NCBI GenBank assembly: GCA_965178125.1
Contig: OZ237758.1
Location: 434,001-498,000, forward strand
Direction: 5' to 3'
Origin: Bilabrum cf. latius
Taxonomy: Eukaryota
Length of the DNA: 64,000 nt
Both the position numbers and the translations under genes were made by a program. The notes beneath the pieces are model-generated. The model saw nothing but the letters and a program-made list of their open reading frames with translations. It was not told the origin of the DNA and did no database searches. Positions 35,001 through 48,000 of the stretch are shown here, one piece after another; position 1 is the first letter of the stretch; each line of letters starts with the position of its first letter.

Positions 35001-36524
35001 GAGACGCCTCTCGTACTCTGTCATTAGCTGCCGCCTCTCTTCCTGCGATCTGTTCTCCTGCTCAGAGGCCTGCCGCACGGCCTGCTGGTGCTCCTGCCTG
35101 AGCTGGTCGAGCTGGCGCGCCGCGGCTTCTCGAGCGCCGGCCGCCTCACGAAGCTGCTGCAGCGTTTTATCGAGCTGCGAGCGCAGGGAGTCGGCTTCTC
35201 CTTTCGAGCTGCGGACCGCCGCCTCCAGCTCCTTGCACCTCGCCTGCGCGCTGCTCAGCTCTTCCTACAGATCGTGCGCCGCTTGCCTGTGCCTCCTCTC
35301 GCGATCCTCCGCGGCCGCCTGTGCCGCTTCCTGCAGCTCTCTCCTCTCCCTCCCCATGACTTCCTTGCCCTCCTGCACCCTTGCCTCTGCCTCCCTCTGT
35401 GCAGCCTCCAGTCGACCCTGCATCCTGGCGTGCTCCTGCTCCGCCTCGGCCTTGGCCTACGCAACCGTCTCCCTCGCGGCTCGGAGCCGGTCTTCAAGGG
35501 CCTGCTCCGCCACGGACGCCTGCTGCCTATGCCTGGCCAGGGTCTCCTCCGCCTCCGCCCGCCTTGCCTCCGATTCCTGCAGCGCCTTGCCGGTACTTTC
35601 GCTTGACTGCCTGCTCCTGGCGACCTCGGCCTCCAGCCGGTCGAGCTCCTCATCCCTGCCCTGCAACAGCTGCAAATTGTGAGAGAAATCCGACCGCAGT
35701 CGCTGGTGCTGGTCGCGAAGCGCAGCCAGCTCCTGCTGCGTCCTCTCCAGCTGCGCCTGGAGGTGCCTCGCTCGGTACTCGGTGATGTCGTGAAGCTCCC
35801 TCTCCTTCTGCTCGATCAGGCTCCGGAGGTCGGTTCCGCTGGATTGCGCGGCACCGGATGCCGTGGTAGCGGACAGGGTCGCCGCAGTGGCAGAAAACGA
35901 GCCGGCGCCAGGCCTGGGCGGGGGAGGCATCCCGGTGCCCGAGCGAATGCTCGCACCCGGAGCTAGAGGCAGCTGAGGCGAGGAGGCATGCGCGGCGATG
36001 GCCCGGGATTCTGCGGGGACCATGATACCGCTGCGAGATGAGCCTACAGCGGGAAATTCAACGCTGCTTGCTGCGTGTGGTCCAGCTTGGGACGCTATCG
36101 ATGATTGCAAAGAGCTAGCGACAGGAGCACTGGTTGCTGAGAAGCCTGCGATAGTAGATCCAACTTCAGACGATGCGCCTTCGGCTGCTAGGCCGCCAAT
36201 TGTGGCTTGCACGTGACTTGGAAAAGGCCCGGAGACTTCCTGCGACTTGGATCCTGTCGTGCCACCCCATGCCCCCGATCCCGTGGCCCCTGCGAACGGC
36301 AGCTCGCCGTCGGTGGCACGCAGATGCGGAGCTATGCCGGACTGTGCAAATGCCGTTCCTCCCGTCGAGAATAATCTATCGTTTCCATCGAGGCTTGTGT
36401 CAGGTGACCCTGCATCGATTCCTGCAATATCTTCTAGGGTCATGCGCTGTGATGCGTCAACTGCACTCCCACCGGCAGCTACTTCGTCTGCAGACTTTCT
36501 TGAGGGGCCATCGGAAGATGACAT
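32100..36524 (-). CDS. CCDC57: CCDC57-like centrosomal coiled-coil protein (~1,474 aa; 9 in-frame TAG)
   Basis: LRSLIEQKERE...LRSDFSHNLQLLQGRDEELDRLE resembles the CCDC57 N-terminal block. LARERDALIDSGNRMRAEL and the C-terminal RIRHYG resemble its C-terminal blocks (recalled, not searched). The pieces share one frame, are joined by TAG and end in TGA at 32100-32102. Confidence 0.78.
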
Positions 36525-36672
36525 ACAAAAAATACAAATAAGAGGGAATCAGAGGGCGTTGCGAAGCAAACAAGCCCTAGTGCGTATTCAAATTCAGGCT
36601 GTAACAACGATCGGAAATATACCACAGACTGCACCTCACAAATGACGGGTCCGACGAAGTTGTACTTTCGCA
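36525..36672. promoter_or_regulatory. Probable bidirectional promoter between the CCDC57-like and RING ligase genes
   Basis: A 148-nt, AT-richer spacer lies between the divergent ATGs at 36524 (-) and 36673 (+). Inferred from layout. Confidence 0.45.
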
Positions 36673-38787
36673 ATGGGCAACGCGCAAAGCGACGCGGACA
36701 ATCGCGACAGCGTACGAGACTCTTCTTCAATAGATGATGAGTAGATTGATCCTGCACTCACGGACCCTGATGCGCTATATCAGCTGTTTGCGCAAGGATT
36801 GTCACCTGACGACATCCTCAGCAGTGATGCTTTTCGTAGAATGCAGAACAGGATTGCGGGCGAATAGGCGGGCTAGGCCGCAGACTAGTAGTAGAACGAT
36901 AGCATACTGCAGGACGCACCGACAATCCAATCAAGAGCTCACCTGGTTCGGGGCAGCGTCAGGCTAGTTGAGGTTGCTGATCCCGTCAGCGCACAGAATC
37001 CTGGAGCCATGCGAGTTTTAGGCGCGTAGCGACGATTCGCCGTGCAGTTTCGATATCGTGCAACCATCCCGGTGACCGCTCGGGTGCTGATCGGCGCCAC
37101 GGAGCGACTTCGCCCGCCGAAACGTGATGAAGCCGAGGTCGTCACCATGGTGGACGGCGAATCGTACGATGCCAAAGTGAAACCAAAGGACTAGAACCGG
37201 TCAAGCGAAGGAAATCAAGCGGAATAGCCGTCTGGCGCAGAGGCTACGGCAGCGGGTGCGGCTACAGCTGCAGCCGGACCTGCGCCAAACCCACCGACAA
37301 CCGAGCAGCATCAGGCTCCACCCGACCCGCTAGACGTCTCACACCCCACGCGCTTCTTCCGCGCGACGGTCGCCTCCCCTCCCATGCGGCTTCCTCCCGG
37401 CTGGGACTGCAGGTGCACGACATCCGCCTGCCTTCCCCTCTTCGAGGAGGACTGCCGCAGGATGGGCGGGCTGCGAGCGAGCCCTGCCAGAGCCTACTGG
37501 CCACTGGTGGTGGTCCTGCAGCCAGACCTACCGGCCGTCCCGGATGATCAGACTGCTTCAGAGGACGCTGCGTCAGATAGGCCGCGAAAGGAAACGGCGG
37601 CTTCCAGCACGTTGGCACCAGGGTCAGCTGCAGGGTCTGCGGCAGAGGCAGGCGGGCCAGCGCAGGGGCGGGCATCAGTGGCGCCCATCTCCAGCAAGAA
37701 AGAAGCGATGGCTGGGTCTACGGACAGGGCGGGTGCCCTACCGTGGGGAGAGCCTCGGCTAGGGCTGGATGCTCGAGGTGGAGGTCGAGGTGGGGCTGGG
37801 GCTGGGGCTGTTCTGTCCCCGCTCTCGTCATCAGGCGCTCTAGTGGCTCTGCCGGTGGAGGACGCCAGCAAGCAGGTCGAAATTTCTTACTGCTCGCGGA
37901 TCATGGGGGCGGACGAGCTGGTGGGCCGAGGCCCGGCAAGCCCTCGCCGAGAAGCGCCCGCGGCCGTCAGCAGCAGCTCCAGTGCCCCGGGCACTGCAAC
38001 GACGGCCGGTGCCGGATCGGGATCTAGGGCTAGAGCTGGCGATGATGCTGGGGATGGAGGCAGCGGTGATGCAGCGAGCTAGCCGACCGATGGGGACGAA
38101 GGCGGTGGCGACGGCGGATAGCCACCTTTGAAGTCTTCGGACGAGGAAGGGAAGAAAGGCAGTTCATTCCGTGCCGAGATATCGAAGCAGCGGTTTCAGT
38201 TCGGGCGATAGTCTTACGAGCTGAGGGACATCTACGGGCTGGTGGACGAGGAGGAGGACGTCGATGGTGAGGAGGAAGGCAAGGGCGACGACGGGGAAGA
38301 TGGAAGGGCTTCAGACGACGAAGAGGTGCTGCCTGTGGCGTCTGCGAGCGGAGGTGGCGCTGGATTTGATTCCGATGTGGCCGGCGCAGGTGCCGTGTCT
38401 GGTGAGGGTGTCAGCGCGCAACAGGCGGCCGAGATCGTCGCTGCCACGAAGCTGCGTGCGGCTATGCAGCCCGTGGCTGGGGGGAATGCAGCTCCCGAAG
38501 AGGACCCCGCGGTGGCTGCTTCGCTGGATGCCGGTGGCCGTACGATCGCAGCCTGTGTGATTTGCCTGTGCCAGCCGAGAAACACGGTGGCTCTGCCCTG
38601 CAGGCACTGCTGCATGTGCAGAGGATGCGCGGATCGCATGCGCGCTGAGCAGCAGAGGTGTCCGATATGCAGGACGCAGATCGCGCTGCTGCTGCACATC
38701 GACGCCTTGGACGAGCAGGAGGAGGAGAGCGGGGACGGTGGCGCTGCCAGCGTGCCAGTGGTTGGATCAAGAGCTCCTGGTGTTTGA
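36673..38787 (+). CDS. MGRN1/RNF157/LOG2-family RING-HC E3 ubiquitin ligase (~704 aa; 12 in-frame TAG)
   Basis: N-myristoylation start MGNAQS; APTIQSRAHLVRGSVRLVE; FAVQFRYRATIP; YWPLVVVL; KQRFQFGR[TAG]SYELRDIYGL; RING CVICLCQPRNTVALPCRHCCMCRGCADRMRAEQQRCPICR. Ends in TGA. Confidence 0.88.
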
Positions 38788-39012
38788 CCTTCAAGCGAGA
38801 ATTGCCCTTTACCCTGCGCCTTTTTCAGCGCACAGCACCGGTTCGCTTTGCAATCAACGAACGTTCGTCTCTGGGGCGACCTCGTGGATTTTTCGTTTGA
38901 TGCTCAGCACTGAAAACCTGATTCAAATTAGAATAAGTCAGCATTTTCTCTTTCATATACAGTAGATCAAGATATTTGGAAGGACAGGATCCCGTGCAGC
39001 ACCGCAGACGCT

Positions 39013-42000
39013 ATGCTTTCAGCATAGCAGCTGCATGCGATCTCGAGAGGCCTGCTGACAGACGATTCCAAGGGTGCTGGTGCAAGGCACAGCTAGCTGG
39101 CGCTTGAAAAGAGTCTGGGTGTTCTGAGCCTGCATCTAAGCACGCATCCTTGCAAAGGATTACCACGCGGTGTTCGGAGAGGATTGCTCCGCGTTGCTCT
39201 GGGCCAAACCTTTGGTTCATCAACTTCCGCGCTCGCTTTGCGTCTGCTCCAGCAATCTTCGCCTAGCTTCTTTGCATAGCCATGCGTCAGCCGTCTTGTG
39301 GCTTCTGGGGGCGAAGCGGCCGTTGCACAAGATGAGCAATTCGTGGCAGCGGTATCTGGCGGGGCTTGGAGGGGCGTCTTGTCGCTATCTGAGGGTTCCA
39401 AATGCCTGGTATCCTGCAATTAGGCTATGGGAGCAAGCGCAGCGGCATGCACACGTTTCTGGCTCGGCGGGGAGGGGACGCTGGAGGCCATTGTGTCCGC
39501 GACTGAGCCCAGCCCCTCCACCCATCCGGCAGCCATGCAAGCAGCACTCCCTGTCCTCGCCAGATCCATGCGAGTTGCCTGGAGAGCTGTAGATCCCGTA
39601 TTATCAGGGGAAAGTGGCGAGGGTATCGCCGGCAGCGGCTCAGTCGGGGGCGACCTGCCGTTTGCTTCGCACAGAGATGCCGCGCGATGCAGGACTACCT
39701 TGAGGAAGGTTCTCCCGGGCTTCGTCAAGCACCTGCTCGGGCTGTGCATCGGGGAAGACGCTGTGGCAGCGGGTGCAGCCGCTGAGGCGCTGCTTGTGCT
39801 CATCGCGAGCGACTGTGCCCGGTGCGGTCTAGATGTTGGCTGGGACACTACGGAGACGGCTGGGAGCTCTGCTTCGACAGGCGGGTCACTGGGAGACGAA
39901 GACGATCCTTTCTTGCGCATGTGTGGTGTCCTGCATGCGGGCGATTGGTCTCTTGGCAACTTTAGCGGGATGGCCGTCGAAGGTGGCTCAATTGCCGCGG
40001 GTGTTGGCTGGAGCGGGCCGTGGTCTGCTTGGCGGTGGCACTTCCTCAGGGCAACTGCAGGGCCCCTGGCAGGCTCCTTGCCCCTACTCGTGGGCGCAAT
40101 GGACGGCGTTCCTCCTCGCGGACGGCAGAGCCTCATGGGATTGTGCTCCTGTGTTGCGTTCGTGGCCATGCTGGAGGATGAGCACGGTTGGCGCGGGCCT
40201 CGCCTGGGACCATCAGGTGAGAACGTCTAGAATAGTGGGATAGAACAAGAAGAAGAGGACATACTGTAGGCCGCGAGCAGGAATAAGCACTCCACAGATG
40301 CAGCTCCAGATGCAGAAGCTTTGCCACCTGCTGCATCTGGAGCTGGGTCTGACGACTCCATTGCAAGAGATGCCGAGTAGGGGTCTCGACGCCGCCAAGG
40401 CAGCCATGTAACCTCGACGCCTCATATACCACACAGCATGGCCGGACTCTTAACAGAGACAGCTTCAGCCTTGGCGCGACTGCAGTCTCGTGTGGCTACC
40501 AGCGAATCACCGTCGGGCGGCAGTGCCTCTGTTACTGCCCCTCAGGTGATCGAGGCCGCGCGTGAGGCGGTCGAGCACGTTGCTGAAGCTGCGCTGGCGC
40601 AATCCTTGTCGCTCGATGTTGAGACGGAATCGGTTGGAACAAGGCGAGACACGGACGAGGCGGCAGATGGCTTCGACACTGACCGGGACTGGGTTGCCGC
40701 TGAGAGCGCCCTCCAAGGCCTTCGGGAGCCAAGCCTGGTACGGATGGCGATCGGCGCGTCAGTGAACGATCCATGCGTGGTGCCTCTTGTGCGGCAAACC
40801 GTCCTTGCTGGCCTTTTGCTTCCAAGGCTCCTGCATTCGCAAGAAAGGGTAGAGGCCGACACCGCTGCTGCGTGGCTCTGGGCGCTGGTTAGAGCCATCA
40901 CCACGGTTGGCACCAGCGGGACTCTCCTTCTTCGCGGGTGGCGATCCGGATCCATCAGCCACACCAAGACACAGCCCGCAGTAGTGCGGTAGCACGGTCG
41001 GTCTGCCCGTCTCATGCGTGCGGTCTTAGCCGAGACCCATGGTGCTATCACCAGCTCGTTGCGACGGCGGGTAGAACAGCATATGCTAGGATCTGGTTCT
41101 GGCAAGCTAAGCCTGCCCCACCAAACCTCCGAGCGAGTATTTCAGCAGCTACTTCTCTGCCTGGCGTCTGGGGATAACCACGCTATTTTGCGGCAGGCAC
41201 CGTGGCTCCTCGCAGCTGCAGCTGCGATTGATAGCGAACTGCATCGTTGGCAGATCCTCAGGCAAGCTGCAAGGCTGTGTGTGCTGGCAACGATTCGATC
41301 AGTAATGGCTAGGGCTGCAGGCACTGCGGAATATAGACCGGCTGTGCCCCGTCTTGTGAAGACCCTGGAGAGTGGCATTGCTAGCATGTGCGGGGCATAC
41401 TTGTCCGTCGGTCGCCTTGCGATAGTCCAAAGAGCCCTGCTTGTGGAGCTCTGCGGGGCAATGCGTACGTGCGTTGCAGGCACGGAGTTGGCCAGTCGCT
41501 GGATGCAAGAGGCGGGTGGCCTTCTAAGCGAGTCCTTGTGGGCAGTCAGAAGTGTGGTAGAGGCCAGCGTGTTGGGGAAAGGACGAGGTGCTGCGGCTGC
41601 ATCCAAGCAGCATAGAACCGTCGCAGGCATGAAGCCAAGACACCTGTGGATTGGGTTACAGGATTCTCAAGCACAGCAAGCCAGCGTTGACCACGAGCAA
41701 ACGTGTCTCTTGGCTCACGCTTGCGTTGATTTGGCATCGGGCCTTGCTATGCAAGGTGCTACGCGGGGCAAATGGGTTATCAAATTGGATGGAAAAGGCG
41801 CAAAGCGCAGCATACCGCTGTCCAAGGCAGCAGTGCGCGCAGCGGATAGTGCTGTCGGACACGTGATGCGCGCTGCGTCTGACGAGGTGATCACTCATAT
41901 TGCAGAAGCTGCTGCGCGGGAAAGGACCATCGTGCTGCAAGCAGCTGCGGCCCAGGCAGCCAGTCAAGAGTCAGCAGTTAGTACGGCGATGGCAGCTGCG

Positions 42001-45000
42001 CTACGGAGTTCTGGGGAAGCGCACTTGATGCTGGCAAATAGCAGCGAGCGCTCGATAGCTATCGATCGAGCAGCACGGCGGATTGATGGGGCAAGCCGTG
42101 GGACCGACTAGCAGGCGTCAGCCAGCGAGATCGTTCGTGCTGGGTCACAGCGCGCGAGGCTGAACAAGACAGGCGGTGGGTCTGGCCAGGATCTCCTGTC
42201 TGGTCAATCCTCTGCAGACGCGAAAGGTGTGCAGCAGCTCGTGGCTGCCGGTGTACGGAGTGACTCCGTCTCGCAGGCAGTCTCTTCAGGTGGACTGCCG
42301 TCCTCCTTTGCGTCTGGGTCAACTCTGAACGGACACTTGCCAGTGCAGGCCATTGACGCAGCTTCTTGCCAATAGCTGGCATTGGCATCGCAGTCAACTT
42401 GGAGCAAACCACCAACGGCTGGAACGCTCATATCAGTTGGTCTTGTGGCAGGCGGCATGCTCGCACCTTGGGACTAGGCCTCTGTTTCGTCCAGAAGGCT
42501 CGGCAGCGGCGGGGCGCAGGTGCAGCTAGATGGGGATGAAACCAGAGACTCTACGTACAAGGGGGCTGTCCTTCGCGGGGAGTTGTCCCGGGCCACGTAG
42601 TGCTATAGTGGTGTTGCAGTCGCAGTGAGGTGCGCTTGGCTTCGGCTGTGGGGTCTCGGCGGTGAGTTGCACCCAGTTGGCGGTCCCGGTGAGGAGTTGC
42701 CTGCGAGTGTGAAGGAGGCCATGCTGATGGGAACTGCTGATGAGGCTGCTTCAATGTGCTCTGGGCTGCTCCTGTCATTGTGCGGGGCCGTTGGTGTTGG
42801 AAGGCAGTTTCCGTCGCTTTGCCTTGAACCTGACCCGATCGCCTCGCTGCTGCCTCCTGCGGGCAGCTCTGCGACTGGGCCCCTTTCTGCCTTCAGAGCT
42901 GATATTAACAGGCTTGGCAGCTCGTTTAGGCACGGTCACGGACTTGGGATGCGATGGAGGCTGCAAGCCCACAGGCTAGGAGCACCAGTTGCTGCGGCGC
43001 AAGAAAAACGGAATCTATCCATCCATGCGCCTGGGATCAGCGGTTTGCTCGCCGCAGGAGCGGCAGAGTCGGCAATCCCTGCCGCAGGGACGGTTGCGAA
43101 GCGGCTGGGCGTCAGCAGGGCCTTTGGAGACGCTGCATGGTACGGACCCCACGGAGAAGCCCCAAGCACTGATGAAGGCCCTTCTGGTCTGGGCTGGGTC
43201 ATGCGGCTTGGGTCTCGTGTTGCCAAGCGTACCCGATGCGCGTTCAAGACTCGAGCAGTGGCGGCTGCAAAGGCCGCTGGGCTGCGAACAACTCCTCACG
43301 ACCGTGAGAATCCTTTGCCGAGCGAAGCAGTCAAGGTGCTGGGCCCAGGTGGGCACCTTGCAATGGAAATGCTCGTGCATCTATCCATGTCGTGGCCGAT
43401 CGCGACTTGGCCTCTAGTGTCGCGAGTTGCCAGCCAGCTACTGCGTTTGCCCACTCTATCCAAGGAGTTCCGACGAGAAATAGGCAATCTTCTTCAGTCT
43501 TCTAGAGCTGCAGTGGCTGCTGACTTGGCACTCCGGACCGCCGCGACTGCGAGCGGGCCAGACCAGCTGCCAAAGCACGCAAAGAAAGGGAACGAGAAGA
43601 AAGCATTGAGCAAGAACCAGACGTTCGACGAGGCAGGCCTTGCCGCTGGAGCAAAAGTCGCGTGTGCAGCGGCAGGAGCTCGGTCCACGCTGGAGATCAT
43701 TGCAAGCGACGACTCAAGTCTAAAGGCCTTGTCGCCCGAGGCAACGACGACTGCCGCTGCAAAACTTGCGGCTTGGTTGCGCCTGAACCTGCCCAGCCCC
43801 AACAATTCCGCTCGATCTGAAGCATCTCCAGTTGATGATAAAGACGGAAGCGTCGAACAAGTTGCCTAGTCTGTGTATGCCTTGAACCAGGCTTTGGTCG
43901 CAACTGCGCGACAGGCGTCAGCCGTGCATATTAGCACGTAGTCAAGAGGCTTGCAGCTGACCACTTTAAGTCTGGAGCAAAGCTTGCGACGTAGACCCAT
44001 GGACAGTGGATTACCTCCGAGGTCAAGTTCGGTAATGCAAGTCGCCATTGAGGATGTCGGCCTTGGCGCTGTAGCAGAGATCGCGGATCTGCGACCTGTA
44101 GCCCTCGTCGATCCGGCGATGCAAGCGATACGGGCCGGCGTGATTGCAGCACCGCGCCCTTCGGTAGCCGCTTTGTCAGCCAACAGAGACCGGCTTGTTT
44201 ACAGAGTGGGCAGCAGTCCCATCCTGCCCTCAGTTATGTCGGGCATGTCGGATCCACTTCTCATTGCGGGCTGGTCCAGCGTGATCGGCCGGGCGTCACC
44301 ACAAGCACCTGTCGTAGCCATTGTGGCATTTGAGGTAACAAATTTGATGCGGAGGAGCCTCTCAGGGCTGAGGCTAACGGCCAGGTGTGGACAGGGGACA
44401 ACCCTGATCGGTACCTCGCCGCATGCTTTCTTCGATGCTGCAGCCGCAGAGACGATCCCAGCTGGGTACAACTCAGGCACGTTTAGCTCGGGCCATCGAT
44501 TCCCTGGGCAAGATTCGTTCGCTGCCTCAAGGCTTCTGTCGCTGCCGTCTACCGCAAGGGCTGCAATTCTTTCAGCCACTTAGTCAGCGGAAAAGGGTCT
44601 TGGCCTGCAGTCTGACCCTGTGCAAGGCGGCGGGGGAAGCGGCGCTGAATCACTCGTCAGCGGGACCGGTGGAAGCGTGGTGTCTGGGCAGGCTTCCATT
44701 CTAGAACGCAAGGGGAACGCCTCCTTACGCGGCTCGAGTGAGATGGAAAGGCATGCGCAGAGCACCTCGTCTGCTGCGGGTTGCGGCGCGGGTGAAGGGC
44801 CGGGGGCCGCTGCCTCCCTATGGCTCCCGCGCGGCAATTCGGCACACGCAAGGTAGCTTGCTGTCCGCCGCGAGCTGCCTCCCAACCGACGAGTGTGGTG
44901 GGCAGTAGCTTTGAAGCTGACGGGAACGGGACTGGATGGGCACGCGTGCTCCCTGGAAGTTGCAGCCACATCCATTGCTGAGGGCGATGACGACGAAGAT

Positions 45001-48000
45001 GATGACGAGGACGATGATGGTGGGCTCAGCGATGGATCCTCTGCTCCGCCCGGCTCCATTAGCGCATCGCCGATAAAGTCAACGTCTAGCAAGCGGGGTC
45101 TCACAGGATTGGCTGGACTTCGAGGCGGCACAGGCGTGGAGGAGAGCAAAGCGGTCGACCCCGAAGAAGAAGTCCTCAGGCGGGCTCCAGCTGGGCAAGG
45201 TCCCACTGCAAGCGAGCTGGCTGGCTTGCGCGGCGGTGGCGCTGGAGTTACCGGGCTAGAGCAGCTGCCCGACCTCGGCTGGCTGCGAGAGCAAGCCCCC
45301 GATCCAGACAGCGACACGGATTCCGACGTTGGTGACGAGGGTGGGCCCATGTCCATTGGAGGTGGCCGGGCCATGCCGCATGGGTGGAAGCAGCGCTCCA
45401 CCGACGCGGAGTGGGACTCGCCGATGATTGGTACGAACTTTGCAAAGGAACTCGGTGTCTCCACCACCCGATAGCGGACTGCCACCGGAGGAGGAGTCAT
45501 GTGGACCGGGGGAGGCCTATCCAATCGAGGCACCGCGCTGCCTCGCACTCAAATAGCCCCGTCATCGCTGGCTACAGCGGACCAGGAAGGCATTTCGCTC
45601 GAGGGCTCTCCCTTGTCAAGTCGCCCGCAGGTTCCGGGATCTGGTATTGGTGGTCGCTCAAGGGGTGGAAGAGGCCATACCGCCCGTAGGTCCTCAACCG
45701 CCCTCATTCAAACAATGGGACGAGGCGGTCCAGGCTCAGGGAGGCTGAGCCACGGTCGATCCGGATCTATCGTACCAATGTCGTTTGGCGGGGGGTCATC
45801 AATTGGTGGGAATCACAGCAAGGGCGGTGGCTCGATTGCAGGGAGCAGGCGACTGTCTACGATCTTATCACCCCGCGCCAGAGGGTAGGCACCACGATCT
45901 CGTGGGAGCGGTTCTCACGCCGGAAGCAGCGTGGCCGGCGGTTCAACTCGGGGTCCTGCAAGCCCCAGGCGGCATTCTAGAGCAGTTTCTAGCGTTGGTA
46001 TCGATTCAATCATCGAAGAGAGCGGCAGCATTCGCGGTGGCAAGTCCGCTGGCTCGGGCAGCATGGCTGACACAGCGTCAGTGGCGTCAGAGGCTGTCGT
46101 ATACGGCGGGGCTGGGGATGATCCGAACGGCGAGGCCGCATCTAGGGTGTCAACGCGAACTTTGAGGATACTGTCGTCGCCACTTCGCGTAGATTGGACG
46201 AGATCTTGCCAACCGCTGCCCCTTGGCTTGCATGATGCTGGAACACAAGCCACTGGTGGCAGTGGTTGCCAGCAGGTACACCTGGGCTGGCTTAAGTCCT
46301 TGCCGTACCATAGCATCGCTGAGTTTTCGTGCGTGGCGGGCACCGACTTGCCTGACTTGTGCGATGCTGTCATTGGGAATTTGTCACGAACACAGCCTGT
46401 TGCATCTGCTGCGTGCGCTGCTTCTAGCAGTCAAGAGGATGCGATGGACTCTGCTTCGGTCGCGTTCCGATGCCCGGACGGTTCACTTCTAGTTGTACAG
46501 ATAGATCTGTTCGCTGGGTCGAATCAGGGGAACTTGAAGCCATTGCAGAATGCCAGTCATTCGTTTCGTATCCTGTCGTCGCAAGGGGTTCGATCTGATC
46601 TTGACGGAATCGCAAACCGCCTGAAGAGCGAGCGTGACGGCGCTGCTGATCGCAAGCAATCAGTAGAATCCCATTCCGATACGGATGAGCTGGATTTCCT
46701 CGCAAGTGCTGGTAAGCCAGCGTAGGGCCTGAAACATGCAGATGTTACGGCTGGGACACACGACCTCCATGCCGATAAGTCCTGGGCACTGGGAGATTCG
46801 ACTCAGCTGCACCAACCACTGCATCGTTTTGTCGTCTAGATTGCAGCATCGTCGAGCTCCTTGCATCGAGCAGTGCGAAGCAACATTTCGACTATATTTG
46901 GTCAGCTATGTGCTGGCATGTGTGTCGGGCCCACGGCACTCATTGCGTTTGGTGAAACAAGCAATACTGCGCTGTGTTCTGCAGCACCGAAGGATGTGCA
47001 GCTGTCAAGAGCAACTAGGGCAGCTGCGGCGATTGGAGCGGCCCCGTTGTGGGAGGTGGTCAAATCTGCATCGTGCAGCACTGGTCCAAACGTTTTGAAC
47101 GGCTACGCTTTCATCGGCAGCTACGCTTCAAGAACCACGGCAGCGGTCCGTGCGGTGCAAGCCGGCCACGCGGCCCTCGTAGCACTACCCGCGCTCTTGC
47201 GAATCACGACAAGTCTGGTCAAGGCGAGCCTCGGGCGGGCTATTCCAGGGCACGATCAGAGGGTTCTGTCCAGGACTGTCTCTGATAGCACCGATGGAAG
47301 CGACTTGTTCGGCGCATCCGCTGGGGCCGCAACTGCGAGCCGACAACCCGCAGCTACTCGGGGGCAACAGGATGGCGAACTACCCAGTCTTAGTCACCTA
47401 AATGACGCGGTCAAGACGCTTCGGTCGCGTCTTGCTGCTGCATCACAGGAGTCATCTTCGAGTGAGTATTGCGTTTCGCTGTCGATCCAGGCGCTGCTGG
47501 TAGCTATGGACTCCTGGGTATCGCGGGGAGGCAGTGCGGTCGAGTCTTGGACGCAGTAGATCGAATCCGCCATGCGACTTACTGGAGCATCTCGCACCGC
47601 TGAAGTGCTAGTACTTCGGGCCATGGCTGATGAATATTCCACTGCCAAAGTTGCTGGGTCTCTGCTGGCTCGTGCGTAGGACTGGGTTGCAGCAACCGTT
47701 GGCACACAGCTTGGTTCCTCCACGGAGAAAGACAAGCCCTTTGAAGCTGTCTTTGGCAATGATAACGAATCACAATCAGTGACAGAAGCAAAAACTAGCG
47801 TTGGAGCCGTTGCGAGCAACAATCCTGCTTCGTCGAGAACGGGAGAATCAGATTCTGGCCCTGTCAAGCAGGAGCCAGTCTCCCACGGCTCTGGTCCTGC
47901 CGAATCTATCCATAACGACTCTAGCGCTGACGATTTTGACCCCTTCGGTGGCAATGAAGCTGCATAGCAAGCGCCGAGTGCTCAAGCCAAGACTGCAGCT

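Noticed and set aside
34321-35682. Long antisense ORFs (34321-35682 +, also 4590-5618 -, 44580-45548 -, 57388-58698 +)
   Set aside because: They are shadows of GC-rich coding sequence on the opposite strand, with Ser/Ala/Cys-rich translations and no recognisable motifs.
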